Source of the DNA: Octopus sinensis
Lineage: Eukaryota
Length of the DNA: 64,000 nucleotides
Reading direction: 5' to 3'
Assembly (NCBI RefSeq): GCF_006345805.1
Contig: NC_043011.1
Span: forward strand, 32,004,464-32,068,463
Shown: piece by piece, positions 37,844 through 50,800 of the stretch
Layout of the letters: the number at the start of each line of letters is the position of its first letter
Numbering within the stretch: position 1 is the stretch's first letter
The notes under the pieces: model-generated
What the model saw: only the letters and a program-made list of their open reading frames with translations
Told to the model about the DNA's origin: nothing
Databases searched by the model: none
Translations under genes and position numbers: made by a program

Positions 37844-38980
37844 GTGGGTCACCCCATAAATAATGCGGTTTTTTCAATTGCATGAACTAAAAGTCAGAGA
37901 GGGACAGGATAAACTTACCTACATCAACTTGCTATAAAAGCAGGCAGTAATTTTTACCTTGTACTTATTCTTAGTGCAAGTTTTGAAGAGTGCAGCTTGA
38001 TTTTAACAGTTATCTTTTAAAGCTATAATGGAAGTGACAAAGGAGATTATTCGACATATTTTGCTTTATGAGTTCTATAAAGGCAACAGCACAACCAAAA
38101 GGGCAAGGAATATTAATGCAGTATATGGGGATCGGACAATAAACATAAGCCAGTGCCAACGGTGGTTCCAGAAACTACAGCCTAAAAGAGCCCCGTCCTG
38201 GAAGATCTGTAGAGTTCAACAAGGACGCCCTACTAACCCTGATGGAACATAATCCCATTGTAACTGTTGAGGAACTAGCAGAAAAGCTAGTGTGCCATCG
38301 GAAAAGTCAGCAAATTGGGTCAACAGGTTCCTCACAAACTTTCTGAATCTAATTGCAGGCAGAGAGTGAATGTGTGCTCTTCTTTGCTGTCACATCTCAT
38401 GAATAAACCCTTTTTGGACCAAATAGTGACTGGTGACAAGAAATGGGTTCTCTATAAAAATGTGAAGCACTGAAGAGAGTGGGTAGGGAAAGGAGAAACA
38501 CCGGCACCCCAGGCTAAAAAAAAGTCTTCACCCATATAAGGTGTTATTATTTGTTTGGTGGGATATGAAAGATTTAGTCCACTTTGAACTTGTAAACCCA
38601 AACCAAATGATAACAAAGGAGGTCTACTGCAAGCAGCTTGAGTGGCTTAAGTCAATGCTAGAAGAAAAACGACAATGTTTTGGTTTCAAGACAAAAAGTG
38701 TCCTTTCTTTAGGATAATGCTTGGCCATATACAGCAAGGATGACTGACATTCCAAAGGCTAGAGCAGTTTGAATGGGAAACAGTGCCCTACTCATCATAT
38801 TCACTGGACATTGCCCCATAAATTATGATTTATTTCACAGTCCTCAAAATCATTTGGACGGAAAGAATATGAATTCTATAGATGAGGTCAGAACAGTACT
38901 GGAGTGAATTTTGGAAGAGGAACCTTGCAAATCTACCAGATAAAAGTATAATTTACTGCATTATTTATGGGATGACCCAA
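37844..38980 (+). pseudogene. Degraded near full-length mariner transposase element
   Basis: TIR tgggtca(c/t)cccataaataatgc at both ends; MEVTKEIIRHILLYEF start at 38028, IVTGDKKWV and YSLDIAP motifs, many frameshifts. Confidence 0.88.
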
Positions 38981-39689
38981 TATTTGCTTTGTCTTTAAGT
39001 ACAACATTGGACCTGTTAATAATATTTCTATCAGTCATTATGAGCCTATGTAAGAGAATGGGCTGCCAATCATGGCTTGTCATTACTCTGGAACATCTTC
39101 AGACTATATATATATATATATTTCTGTACCTTCTTCTACACCAGTTTGATTGTTAGTTTTCATACCAAACACTGGACATCAACAAGTGATATGATCTATT
39201 TCTTCCACATGAAAATCACAAAACTCACATTATGCATTTCTGATGGTTTTAGTCATACTTGATCCTTTTTTTTTTTTTTTTCAAGGAGTGGCCCACATGA
39301 GACACAGCTCATCATCAAATTCAAAGTAATTTTCTCTTAAGACATACCATTCAGAAAATCCTACAGGCTGCAGTTTCCCTAAGACTCATATACTCTCATT
39401 ATTGGGACACTGCATGTTTAAATTTGTTGAGAATCAGACGAAATACGTAGTTACGTCCTCTTTATCTTCTCAATGTAAATCTTGTCATGGTTGAGCTTGC
39501 CATTCATCCTTCCAGGGTTGATACATACTAGTCAAATGCTGGGTTCAGTTGAATTTTCTTTATATGCCAATTTTTTTTACATTGTGCCTAAACTAAGAAA
39601 CAACTTATCATTAGTATTACATCCTTTGTCCTTCCTTTTTGCTATTATTCTGTAGAGCCTGGCCCACAATATGGGCCTAAGTGCCTATA

Positions 39690-40560
39690 GGAAAGATGTT
39701 TCTTGATTGGTGGTGTTTTCCATAGTATGTGAGCTGATTCCAGTAATTCAGTGTTCTGGACTGTGTAGCAGTGGATGTTATCTGAGATACTGTTGGTGAA
39801 CTTTTCCATTCTCTTCTTCATGAACCCTACATCTCTGACAGCCACTGGTGTTATTTCAGTCTTCATATTTCACATCCTGTTGACTTCAATCTTTTGGGTT
39901 TTATACTTGGTCAGCTTTACTATGAATCTCTTGCGGGGGTGTGATAAAGTAATATCATCTAAACGATGATATTACTACATCAATAAGGAAACATCTCTTA
40001 TCCTTCCTGCCTTTGATAATAATGTCAGGCTTGTTGACTTCTATCTCTGTCAATGAGGATGGGCATGTCCGGAGGATGGTAACATTCTTATCAATGACCA
40101 GGCTTGGCTGATGATTATATCACTTCTCAGTCATGATCGTGTAACTCCTACATGTTTTCTAGTCTAGCTACACTTCTGAAAATTTGTTATGCCTGTGAAT
40201 GTATTTGTTCTTTGCCGGTTCCAAGCATCTAGAGACAATATGATTGATGCTTCATGTATCTGTTCCATCTCTGATGATGCTATGATAATGGTGATAGAAT
40301 CTGGTCTTGTGCAGCAATTATCAGGCCCTCTGTCTTTGCTTTCAACCCAGTGCTCCTCAGCTGTTGGTGTGACTTTAGTTGTCCCACATTTGTTTTTGCA
40401 TCCTATTTTATGTAGTTTCCTGTACGTTAATATGTCCCAGGTTTTCTGCTTCATGCCCTGTTCTGGTTTTCTATAAGTGGGGTTTTTGGTTCATGAAACC
40501 CTGGCTTCTTAGTTGTAGTCTCTTATTGTGAGGGAACTCTGGAGATGCTTGTGTCAATCA
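39690..40560 (-). mobile_element. R4/Dong-like non-LTR fragment with restriction-like endonuclease
   Basis: Degenerate KPDIII...CFLID...SDDN...KYKTQKIEVNRMWNMKTEITPV motif of REL-type non-LTR elements. Confidence 0.75.
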
Positions 40561-41775
40561 GTTAAACCAATTCCAGTTCATGATTGGTTTTTGCTCTCTC
40601 TCTCCAGCTGTATGTAATACCCTGTATCTGTACTTGCCACACTGTTGATGGTCTATCTTGTTCTCTTTTTGTTTGCCACATGGTTTTTCTCACTTTCTCT
40701 CTCTCATTCACACACACACACACACACAGAGCAAAGGTGAAACAGGCCTTTCAGAGTTTAAGTGCATTCAGAGATTATATGCTGCTTGTCTTTGCTTTTT
40801 CTTCAATCCTTCTGTCATTGATGTATAACTACCAGTTTCAATCAAAATTTGTGATCATGTATCTACATTTAAAATTAATATTATTTTTACTAAGTACCAG
40901 TTGAACACTGGGCTTGATGTAATCAACCGAACCCTTTCTCTGAAATTGCTGGCTGGTCTTGTGTCAGAATATGAAACCAATACTACTACTACTATTATCA
41001 TTATTATTATTTTTATTTTTATTAAGGTGGCAAGCTGGCAGAATGGTTAGTACGCTGGGTGAAATGCTTAGTGGTATTTTGTCTGCTGCTACGTTCTGAG
41101 TTCAGATTCCACTGCGGTCAACTTTGCCTTTCATCCTTTCAGGGTCGATAAACCAGTTGAGTACGGGGTGGGGGATGTAATCAACTTGTCCCTTCCCCAA
41201 AAATTTCAGGCCTTGTGCCTATAGTAGAAAGAATTATTATTATTATTAAGGTGTTGAGCTAGCAGAACCATCAGCATGCAGGACAGAATGCTTAGCAGCA
41301 TTTCTTCCAGCTTCAGGTTGAGTTCAAATACTGCTGAAGTTGGCTTTAGCTTTCATCCTTTCGAAGTTGAGCACTGGGATCAATGCAATCAACTCCCCGC
41401 TGCTCAAAATTGATGACCATGAGCCGAAATGCGAAAAGATTATTATTATTATTATTATTGTTATTATTATTATTAGAACAGGGGAGAGCAGAAAGTAAAA
41501 ATGCTCTGTTTCTTTGTTGAGTTCAAATTATATCAGGGTCAATTTTGCTTTCATCTTTCTGAAATCAATTATACTCTTTTTACTTGTTTCACTCATTTGA
41601 CTGTGGCCATGCTGGAGCACCCCCTTTAGTCGAGGAAATCAACCCTAGGACTTATTCTTTGTAAGCCCAGTACTTATTCTATCAGTCTCTTTTGCCGAAC
41701 CGCTAAGTTACAGGGACGTAAACACACCAGCAGCAGTTGTCAAGTGATGTTGGGTGGGGAGACTAACACAGACAC

Positions 41776-41816
<41 letters not shown>

Positions 41817-42389
41817 TATACATATATACAACGGGTTTCTTTCAGTTTCCATTTACCAAATCCACTCACAAGGCTTTGGTTGGCCTAAAGCTATAGTAGA
41901 AGACACTTGCCCAAGGTGCCACGCAGTGGGACTGAACCCAGAACCATGTGGTTGGTAAGCAAGCTACTTACCACACAGCCACTCATGTGCTTAAGCATAG
42001 GTCAACTCAAATACCTTTACTGACACCAGTTCTTGGGGTGGTATTCTACAGCTGGGTGCCCTTTCTCATACCAACCTTTGTTTTTTAAACAAGGTATTTT
42101 ATTCTGTCTTGATGTATCAAAGTGTTTAGCTGCTGGACAATGTTTATGCAGGACATAAATGTTGTCACTGTTAAGACATACAGAGACAAACATATTTACT
42201 TGCATGCACATATATACACATATATATATATGCTAGGGTTCTGTACTGTTTCTGCTTCCGAAATTGTACTCACAGGGTATTGACCAGTCCAAGGTTATAA
42301 TAGAAGGCACTTGCTCAACATGCCATGCTCTGTGATCAGGCATGAGCTTCTCAACCACACAGCCATGCCTCCCTTATTTTGTTTCAGTA

Positions 42390-42620
42390 ACACATAAAAG
42401 ACACTGTGCCAATGACATGTAAAAGGCACTGTGCCAGTGACACATAAAAGGCACTTGTGCCAATGATACATAAGAGGTACCCATGCTGGTGACACATAAA
42501 AGGCATCCATTCCAGTAACACATAAAAGGCATCTGTGCCATTGATATGTAAAAGACACCCATGTTGGTGACACTTAAAAGGCTCTCATGATGGTGACATG
42601 TAAAAGACACCTTGTACACT
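42390..42620 (+). repeat. Minisatellite, ~9 units of 25-26 bp, inside a (GAT)n-tailed element
   Basis: Units such as acacataaaaggcactgtgccagtg repeated with substitutions. Confidence 0.85.
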
Positions 42621-43404
42621 CTGTAGAGTGGTTGATGTTAGGAAGGGCCTCCAGAAACCAAACCTAAACAAACTGGAGCCTAGTGCAGCTCTCCAGTTTA
42701 CTGGTCCCAGTCAAACCATCTAAGCCATGCCAGCATGGAAAACAAAAGTTAAATGATGATGATCATCAGGGTATCCAGTTTTTCATGCTTGCATGTATCA
42801 GTCAGAGTTTATTGAAACAAATTTTGTGTGGTCATATGCCCCTCCTGTTGCCAACCCTCACCTGCTTCCAGGCAAGGTAATAATATTCCTCCATAGTTGG
42901 ACATGTTGTAGCAGAGTATTGGGAATGAATGACCAATTTTGAAGGTATGTGGCCAATGCTATTGTCCATAACTGACACGTAAAAAGCACCCTTCAAATGC
43001 TGGGCAAAATGCCGTGCTGAGAAGACCCGTCAAGCCAGTCAGATCGTTGTCATGACCAATACTAGCATTGTGTACCTGGCACCCGTGCTGGTGGTACGTA
43101 AAAAGCACCCATGAATGTTGGGCCTCATGGAGACAGTGGCAAATGACTGAGACCTTTGGCTGTATACCATGCTTGAGAAGACTTGTCCAACCAAGTGAGA
43201 TTGTAGTCATGGCTGATACCAGTGTTACGTAATTGGCATATAAAAAGCATCCACTGCACTCTTCGGGTGGTTGGCATTAGGAAGGGCATCCAGCTGTAGA
43301 AACCATGCCAAATGAGGCTGGAACCTGGTGCAGCTCCCCAGCTTAACCAGTTTTCAGTCAAACCATCCAACACATGCCAGCGTGGAAAATGGACATTAAG
43401 TGAT

Positions 43405-43680
43405 GATGGTGTGGCTTAGTGGTTAAGTATTCAGCTCATGATTGTGAGGTTGTGAGTTTGATTCCTGGTGGTGTGTTGTGTCCTTGAGCAAGACACTGTA
43501 TTTCAAAGGGCCAGCCTTGTCACATTCTGTATTGCACTGAATCTCCCTGTGAACTATGTTGCGGGTACATGTGTCCGAGGAGTACTCAACCACCTGCATG
43601 TTAATTTCATAAGTAGGCTGTTCTGTTAATCAGATCAACTGGAATACTCAACGTCATAACTGATGAAGTGTCAGTTACCG
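43405..43680 (+). mobile_element. tRNA-derived SINE family C
   Basis: gtgtggcttagtggtt head, ttgtgtccttgagcaagacac, tgaatctccctg.gaact; copies at 17320-17620 (-) and 22735-23010 (+). Confidence 0.8.
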
Positions 43681-46257
43681 AATCCAATTACAAGGTTTTG
43701 GTTGGCCCAGGGCTATTGTAGAAGACACTTGCCTAAGGTGCCATATGCAGTGGGACTGAACTCGGAACCATGTAGTTGGGAAGCAAGCTTCTTACTACAC
43801 AGCCACGTCTGTTCATATGTATAACCTACCTATGACTCGACAGTAATAACTATGTACTGTTCCAGTTGTGTCAGTTACAAATGGGTCAGTGGACATGTTT
43901 CTGAAATGCAATAATAATGTTTAATTCAATAGTGAAGTCATTGTTGTGTGTTAGCTTTTCTGCTTAATTTTGCACAATATAAGACATTTACTATTGCTAG
44001 GTATCAACTATTAAAATGCTATTGTTGTTCCCATTAAAAATTATGTCCTGTTTATTGTGTACTAACTAGTTGCCTGTCTGTATGCTAAAGGTCAATAGAA
44101 TATTTAGTCTGTCACTTTCTAAGGCAAGTAACAATTCATATGAATACAACAGAACTTCTTAAGGACAGTGTAATTGGCCAGGCATATGTACAGAGCAGTT
44201 TTTCTATGTTGTTTTGTTTCCAGATATATCTAATGGGAGCTTGTATTGGTAATTTTTTTTTTTTCCTTTTTCTTTCGAAAATCAGTTATCATCATCATCT
44301 CTACTTTTTTCTAATGCTAGCTAGGGTTGGACAATTGTATAAGTGACATTAGTCTCCTATATTTTAGGAATTAAATAAATGCCAAGTTAGTAATGGTCTA
44401 TTCGTGTATGGCAAATTTTGTTGCTTCTACTGCCCCTTTATAGACTGGATCTATTCATTAGGCCAGAGTTAGCTTTATTTTCTTATGTGAATGAAGTATT
44501 GGCCTTTTAAGAGAACATACCTTTATGATTGTTCCTCATGGTTGTTGATCTCGTTAGAACAGAAATACATAGCCTTTCAGCCTTCCATGTTGAGGTCAAG
44601 TTAATTATTTATACCACTCTGGGTAAATGTGTGACTGTGCTGATTGAATTATGTCATTTTTATTTGAGTTAGATAAGATTGTGAGTTGGCAGAAGGCACC
44701 CGTGCTGGTGGCATGTAAAATGCACCCTTTGAATGTTGGACCTCACAGAGGCAGTGACAAGTTGCTGAGACCTTAGGTGATGTACCATGCTTGAGAAGAC
44801 CTCTCAAGCCAAGTGAGATCATAGCTGTGGCAGATGCTGATGTCATGTAACTGACACCCATGCCAGTGGTGCATAAAAAGCACCCACTACACTATTGGAG
44901 TGGTCGGTATTAGGAAGGGCATCCAGCTGTAAAAACCATGCCTAATCAGACTGAAACCTGGTGTAGCTCCCCAGCTTACCAGTTTTCAGTCAAACCACCC
45001 AACCCATGCCAGCATGGAAAACGGACGTTAAATGATGATTAACATGTTGGATAAAATGTTTAGTGGTATTTCTTTTGGCTCTTTACCTTCTGAGTTCAAA
45101 TACCACCAAGGTTGACTTTGCCTTTCGTCCTTTCAGGGTCAATAAAATAAGTACTAGTGGAGCACTTGAGGTTCAATGTAACTGACTTCTCCTTCCCCTC
45201 AAAGTTGCTTACCTTGTACCAAAATCTGAAATCATTTAGGTCCAGGTGATGGATTAGCAGGAATGTTACAGCTTCGTGGTATTTATGTTCTGAGTTCAAA
45301 TCCATCGATATCAACTTAATCTTTCATCTTTCCAAGGTCAATGAAATAAAGTACTAGTCATGTCCGAGGATCAGTGCTATCAACTGACCCCTCCCCCTGC
45401 AAGAAAAAATATTGCTCACCTTGAACCTAAATTAGAGACCATTACCATCTGGACCAAGAGAGTGGATTGGCAGAATTGTTAGTCTCAAACTTACTTGTTA
45501 TATTTATCCTGATTGCATTCTGAGTTCAAATCCCACTTTTCTAGGCTCAAAATACCAATTAAATAACTTGGGTTGATATAATTAATTGCTTCTCACTCCC
45601 ATAAATTTCTGGCCTTATGTTTGTTACATACAATTATTATTTGGGTCAGTCAAAAGTATTCAACAGTGTTGACTTAACCACTGCTTATCACCTTTGTAGT
45701 TATCTGGCATCTGTATAACACTTGAAGGCATTTGCTTAAACTATATCAAGGTATATATATATGTGTGTGTGTATGTTTGTTATGCTTGTTTGTAAATTTT
45801 TTTATATCTTAGTCTCATTCTGAGTTGTCCTTCATTCTAGTAAAGTGAAAAGTGTTTGTAGATTCATGGTTTGTGGTGATTACTTAATATTGATTGTTTT
45901 GCTTTGTACATAATCTCATTAGGTTTAGATAATGCTTAGATATTGGTATCTAGTTTGGGGAGGTTCTGTGCCATATATATCATCATCATCTTCATCGTTT
46001 AATGTCTGCCTTCCATGCTGGCATGGGATGGACAGTTTGACATGAGCGAGCCAAGCAGAAGTCTGCGCCAGACTTCCATGTCTGTTTTGGTACGGTTTTT
46101 ATGGCTGGATGCCCTTCCTAACACCAACCACCCAGCAGAATATATATATTTACGCATACATACATATACACAAATGCATGCATATGCAGACATACATGCT
46201 CAGATAATGGTAGTAATGCCTTAAAACCATTTTCAGAATCTGTTAAAAACTGTTTAA

Positions 46258-46477
46258 CCCTTTCGTTACTGTATTTATTTTGAGATGCTCTGTGTTTCTT
46301 TCAATTACTTTAAATGTAACAAAGAATTTAGTAAAATAACATTGTTATCATTCAGCTAGTGTTAGGAACATAAATTGTGACTAAGGTTTGGTGGAAGATT
46401 TTAATTCAAAACTTATGAAAACAAGACATTTGTACTCAGAGCCAAGGCCGGTTTCAGCCGGGTTGGTAACGAAAGGG
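46258..46477. mobile_element. piggyBac-type MITE family 1
   Basis: TTAA TSDs with perfect 12-bp TIR CCCTTTCGTTAC/GTAACGAAAGGG. Confidence 0.9.
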
Positions 46478-46795
46478 TTAAAGAGCTTAATATTAAAAAA
46501 ATCTATTTTAAAGAAATATTTTTTTTTAAAAAACTATGCTAAGACATGTATCATCATCATCACATCCACTTTTCCATTTTTGCATGGATCAGACTGAGTT
46601 TATTGATGCAGATTTTCTATAGCCAGATGTCCATCCTTGTTGCCAACCCATACCTGTTTCCAAATGCTTCATGGCCAGACATGTTTTTGCAGAATATATG
46701 TATGTCTGTGTGTTTAAAAAAAAATATGACATGAATAAATAATAAAGTTCGAAATTGATCTCCAAGATGCAGTGAGTAGTGGAGGTATATTTTAA

Positions 46796-46972
46796 CCCTT
46801 CAGCATTCAGATTACTCTGTCAAATATAATGTTTATTTATTCACATCGTTTTGAATTAATCATGCATTATTTTGTAGAATTGAGATTTTGATGAGCTAAC
46901 TGTTAATTTTTTAGTAAAATATAGTAAAGTTGGTGTGAGAGGCCAGATCTGGCCAGTTTAAATGCTAAAGAG
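46796..46972. mobile_element. piggyBac-type MITE family 2
   Basis: ttaa|cccttcagcatt ... aatgctaaagag|ttaa; homologous to copies at 54731-55391. Confidence 0.75.
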
Positions 46973-47044
46973 TTAAAGTATTTTTGTTCCTAGACGAGGC
47001 CACCCTTTTAAAATTCCTGTGGAGGAGTCCATTCTTAGAAAATA

Positions 47045-47610
47045 TTGGGTTGTCCGGAAAGTTCGTTCTGATATTTAAAGGAAAGAAAAAGGTCAATAAA
47101 TACTTGCCATTATATTTTTAATCAACCAAATATGAACCATTTTGTTGCACAATGCGTCTCCATCTTTCCTTTAACTTGGAAATACCCTCTTCCCAGAATT
47201 GAGGTGGTTTCATGGAAAAGAATTCATCAAGGTATCTTTTTACGTCATCCAAGGAATTGAAATTTTTACCATTTAGACTATTCTGCAGAGACCTGAATAA
47301 GTAGAAATCCGAAGGAGCAATATCTGGTGAATATGGAGGGTGGGGTAACACATCCCAGCTGAGTTGCAGCAATTTTTGTCTGGTTCCCAAAGCATCAAGT
47401 GCCGAAAATGAACTTCCTTATCTTCCATTTTAAAGGGTTACAGAATTAACACGGGTTATAGGAACATAAGCCTTCTTCCACGAAAAGATAGCTTAAACTG
47501 TGCTCTAAATGGAGGTGTAGTCAAATCCTATTTAATGGACTCAACCATGTTCTAAAATAAGTCGAATGGTAAGCTATTATAAATCGGCACGAACTTTCCA
47601 GACAACCCAA
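47045..47610 (-). mobile_element. Non-autonomous mariner, 566 bp, intact TIRs
   Basis: TA-flanked 22-bp TIRs ttgggttgtc(c/t)ggaaagttcgt; retains WDVLPHPPYSPDIAPSDFYLFRSL (mariner YSPDLAP motif). Confidence 0.92.
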
Positions 47611-47825
47611 TACTTATGGCCACCATTGTATACACACACACACACGCACATTCACATGTATACATACCTACATATACATTTAACAAACCACATGTTATAC
47701 TTCTTTTTTATCTATCGTGATGTATTCTGAGTTGCATTGTAATGTTGTCTCCATTACTATTGTGATAAATAATGAAATTATTATTATGATTGTTTTTTTT
47801 TCTTTCTATATTCAGAATTGTGATA

Positions 47826-50800
47826 ATGGAGAAAGGGGAGAGGAAAAAGAGAAAAGATACTGACAAGAAGGACAGAAGGAAAGGTAAAAAGGAAGGTAGC
47901 AAGGGCTCAAGTAGTACTGCAGCCAGTGCCACTTCTCTGTCACAGAGCAGTGAACTGGCCAACAATGAGACTGGTCTAGGCACTAACTCAGCCAATGAGA
48001 AAGATATTGGTAACCCCAAAATTGGTGAAGAGGAAAAAAATGCTGATAAAGAAAGTGATGGGAGTCAACGACAGTCGCCTGAGCCAAACTGTTCGATTTG
48101 TCTATCTAAGTTGGAGAATAAATCCTTCACCGACAGTTGTTTCCACACATTCTGTTACGTTTGCCTTTTGGAGTGGTCAAAGATTAAAACAGAATGTCCA
48201 CTCTGTAAGCAACCTTTCAAGAGCATTATTCACAATGTGCGTTCCTATGATGACTATGACCAGTACGATGTTCAGAAACATGAACCACCTAATGAGAAAC
48301 GGTTTCGCTATCGTACAACTTTAACAATTGATCGATTGCTTGGTCTGCAAAACCAGCATCAGAGAGATGAGATTCTGATGGCACCACAGCAGCTTGACTA
48401 CAATACCAGACCTGGTTTACGTCGTTCTTTACGTCGGTCACAACAACAGCAAACACAGACAGCCTCTGTCGAATTCCGACGCAATATATACAGAAATAAT
48501 TTACGCGTAGTGAAAAACAGGCATCTACATGGTTGCCGTAACATTAAACCCGATTTCTTGAGGAAAAACCCCACAGCTGTTCATCGACTAGCCCCTTGGT
48601 TAAACCGTGAACTAAATGCATTGCTACGTAACCAAGAAAATCATGTGACCTTTGTGATGGAACTTATTCTTGATTTAGTAAAGCGCTATCCAATCAGCAG
48701 TGAGGAATTTTACCAACATATTTTTCCATTTGTTGGTCGAAATACATTGCAGTTCATTCATGAATTTGAGAATTTTGCAAAGTCACCATTGCATGATATG
48801 CGCTCCTATGATGCTAATTCACAATATATGCCCTTCACTCAGCTGGTAGATACTAGTGAAGCTTCATCCAGTGATGATGATGTTATTGTACTTTCACCAC
48901 GAGAGACAACTACAGCAACTGCCACTGCTACTACATCTGGCAATCAAAGCAGTATATCTCTGTCGATCAGTCTAGGTCATCCTTCACAGCAAATAGTTAT
49001 GACTTCCTCCTCTTGGGAACCATCTGCTGAAACGAGTCAGAATGACCGAGAGGCAACCACAAGTCAAACAGCAATTTCAGGTTGGGAGTCTCCTCAACCA
49101 GGCCCTTCTGGTATCTTCAGCACGTCAGTTACAGAACCATCAACTAGTGCTGTTGAATCAACTAGTCATGACACAAGCCTGGTCTCTAGTTCCATGAAAT
49201 CCGAGCCTACTGATCAACGGCCAGATAAGAAGGACAACAGCAGCTCTGACTCCAGTGGAACTGAATTGAACAGGGATGAGGAAAATGATGATGGCGACAG
49301 TGATGTGATCATTACTGCCTATGAAAAACCTTGGGCTGAACGTTCGCCAATATTAATATCAGATTTAGACGATGATTCTGTTGAAGAAGAAACTGAGGAG
49401 ACAAAAGACAAAAATTCATTGACTGTCGTAAGGCAACCATCAACGAGTGGGGAAAATGCAAAAGAGGGCCATTCTGAAAAAAGAAAGTCATCTCGTAAGG
49501 AGCGAGGTCAGAGCAGAACTCGTCACAGGTATGTCTCAAGTTCATCTTATAGTGGTGAACGACGACATCGCCACAGTCACAGACTCAGCCATTATTCCTA
49601 TAGCCAATCCAACTCTTCTAGATCACGGTCTAGATCTAGATCTCGTTCTCGGCGTTCCAAGAGCAAACGGACTTCTAGTTACTCTAGAGAAGAACGATCT
49701 CGTTGTCGGTACCAACGTGATGAAGCTACTGCATCCTCTTCTTCATCTCTGCAGCTACACATTTCTCAGAAATCTATAATGTTTCCACTGTCCTGCAACA
49801 ATTACTATCGGGTTGGTTATCCTCACCGCTCTTCTCAGCCAGACCTTTCCAGCGGTATTTACAACTATGATACTAATTACAACAATGAATCGTGCAGAAA
49901 GAGAGATGGCTACAGACCTTCAAGCCCTGTTGTTTCTCAAAATCGATCGCGTTCTTCAAGTGTAGAAATCATTGCTTGCAAACGGCGGCGGAAAAGTCAT
50001 AAAAAACACAAAAAACACAAACACAGACGACATCACCGCAGTAAGCACACCTCATCGAAATTATCATCCCATTGTGATTCTGTTTCTGATAGTAATTACT
50101 TAAATAATTTAGATGTTGTTGCTCTTTCCCCACAGCCAACATCAACATTCAAGAAACACTGCTCAGGACATAAATCTTCAAAACGTTACCAAGGGACCAG
50201 TGTAAATACAGATGATGTCAGCATTATTGACAATGTCCATGAAGAGAGTTCTTGTCTAAACAAATTCTCTAGCTATCACTTAAAGCCATCATCAACTGCA
50301 ACAGTAGCAACATGTTCTCATGTATTGGACCCTGGTCTAGCTGGAAGTAACTTATTAGAAGATCTCACAGCAGATAATTCTTCATATTTATCTGGTGCAA
50401 TTGGTGCTGATGTAATCGTTCAGTCAGAAGACAATACGGATAAGCATTGCTTGAAAGAACCAGCAGTTCTCGGTGACAGCTCTAAAAACATTGACCTAGA
50501 TGATATATCGCATGCTATTAGTGTACCTGTGTCAACTTGTGGTTCACTTGCTGAAATCAATGATCCAGATCTTAAACTGATGTTTTCAGATTTCTGTATG
50601 GATAAAAGTGCTAAAGCTGCTTCTACAGCTCATACTGCGACTAGCAGCACAGCAAATGAATCTCTTGATGACTTTAACTTGCTTTCAAACAGTTCAATAC
50701 CAAGTTGGTCGTGTAGCTCATCATCTGAACCCTGCTCTGTGACAAACGAGAAGAAAGATAGCTCAACTTGTCATACAGCAGGCAATGTTAGCTGCTGCTC

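Noticed and set aside
42390-42620. CRISPR-like repeat array
   Set aside because: Eukaryotic context, no cas genes, and the units diverge along their whole length with no unique spacers; it is a minisatellite within a retroelement tail.
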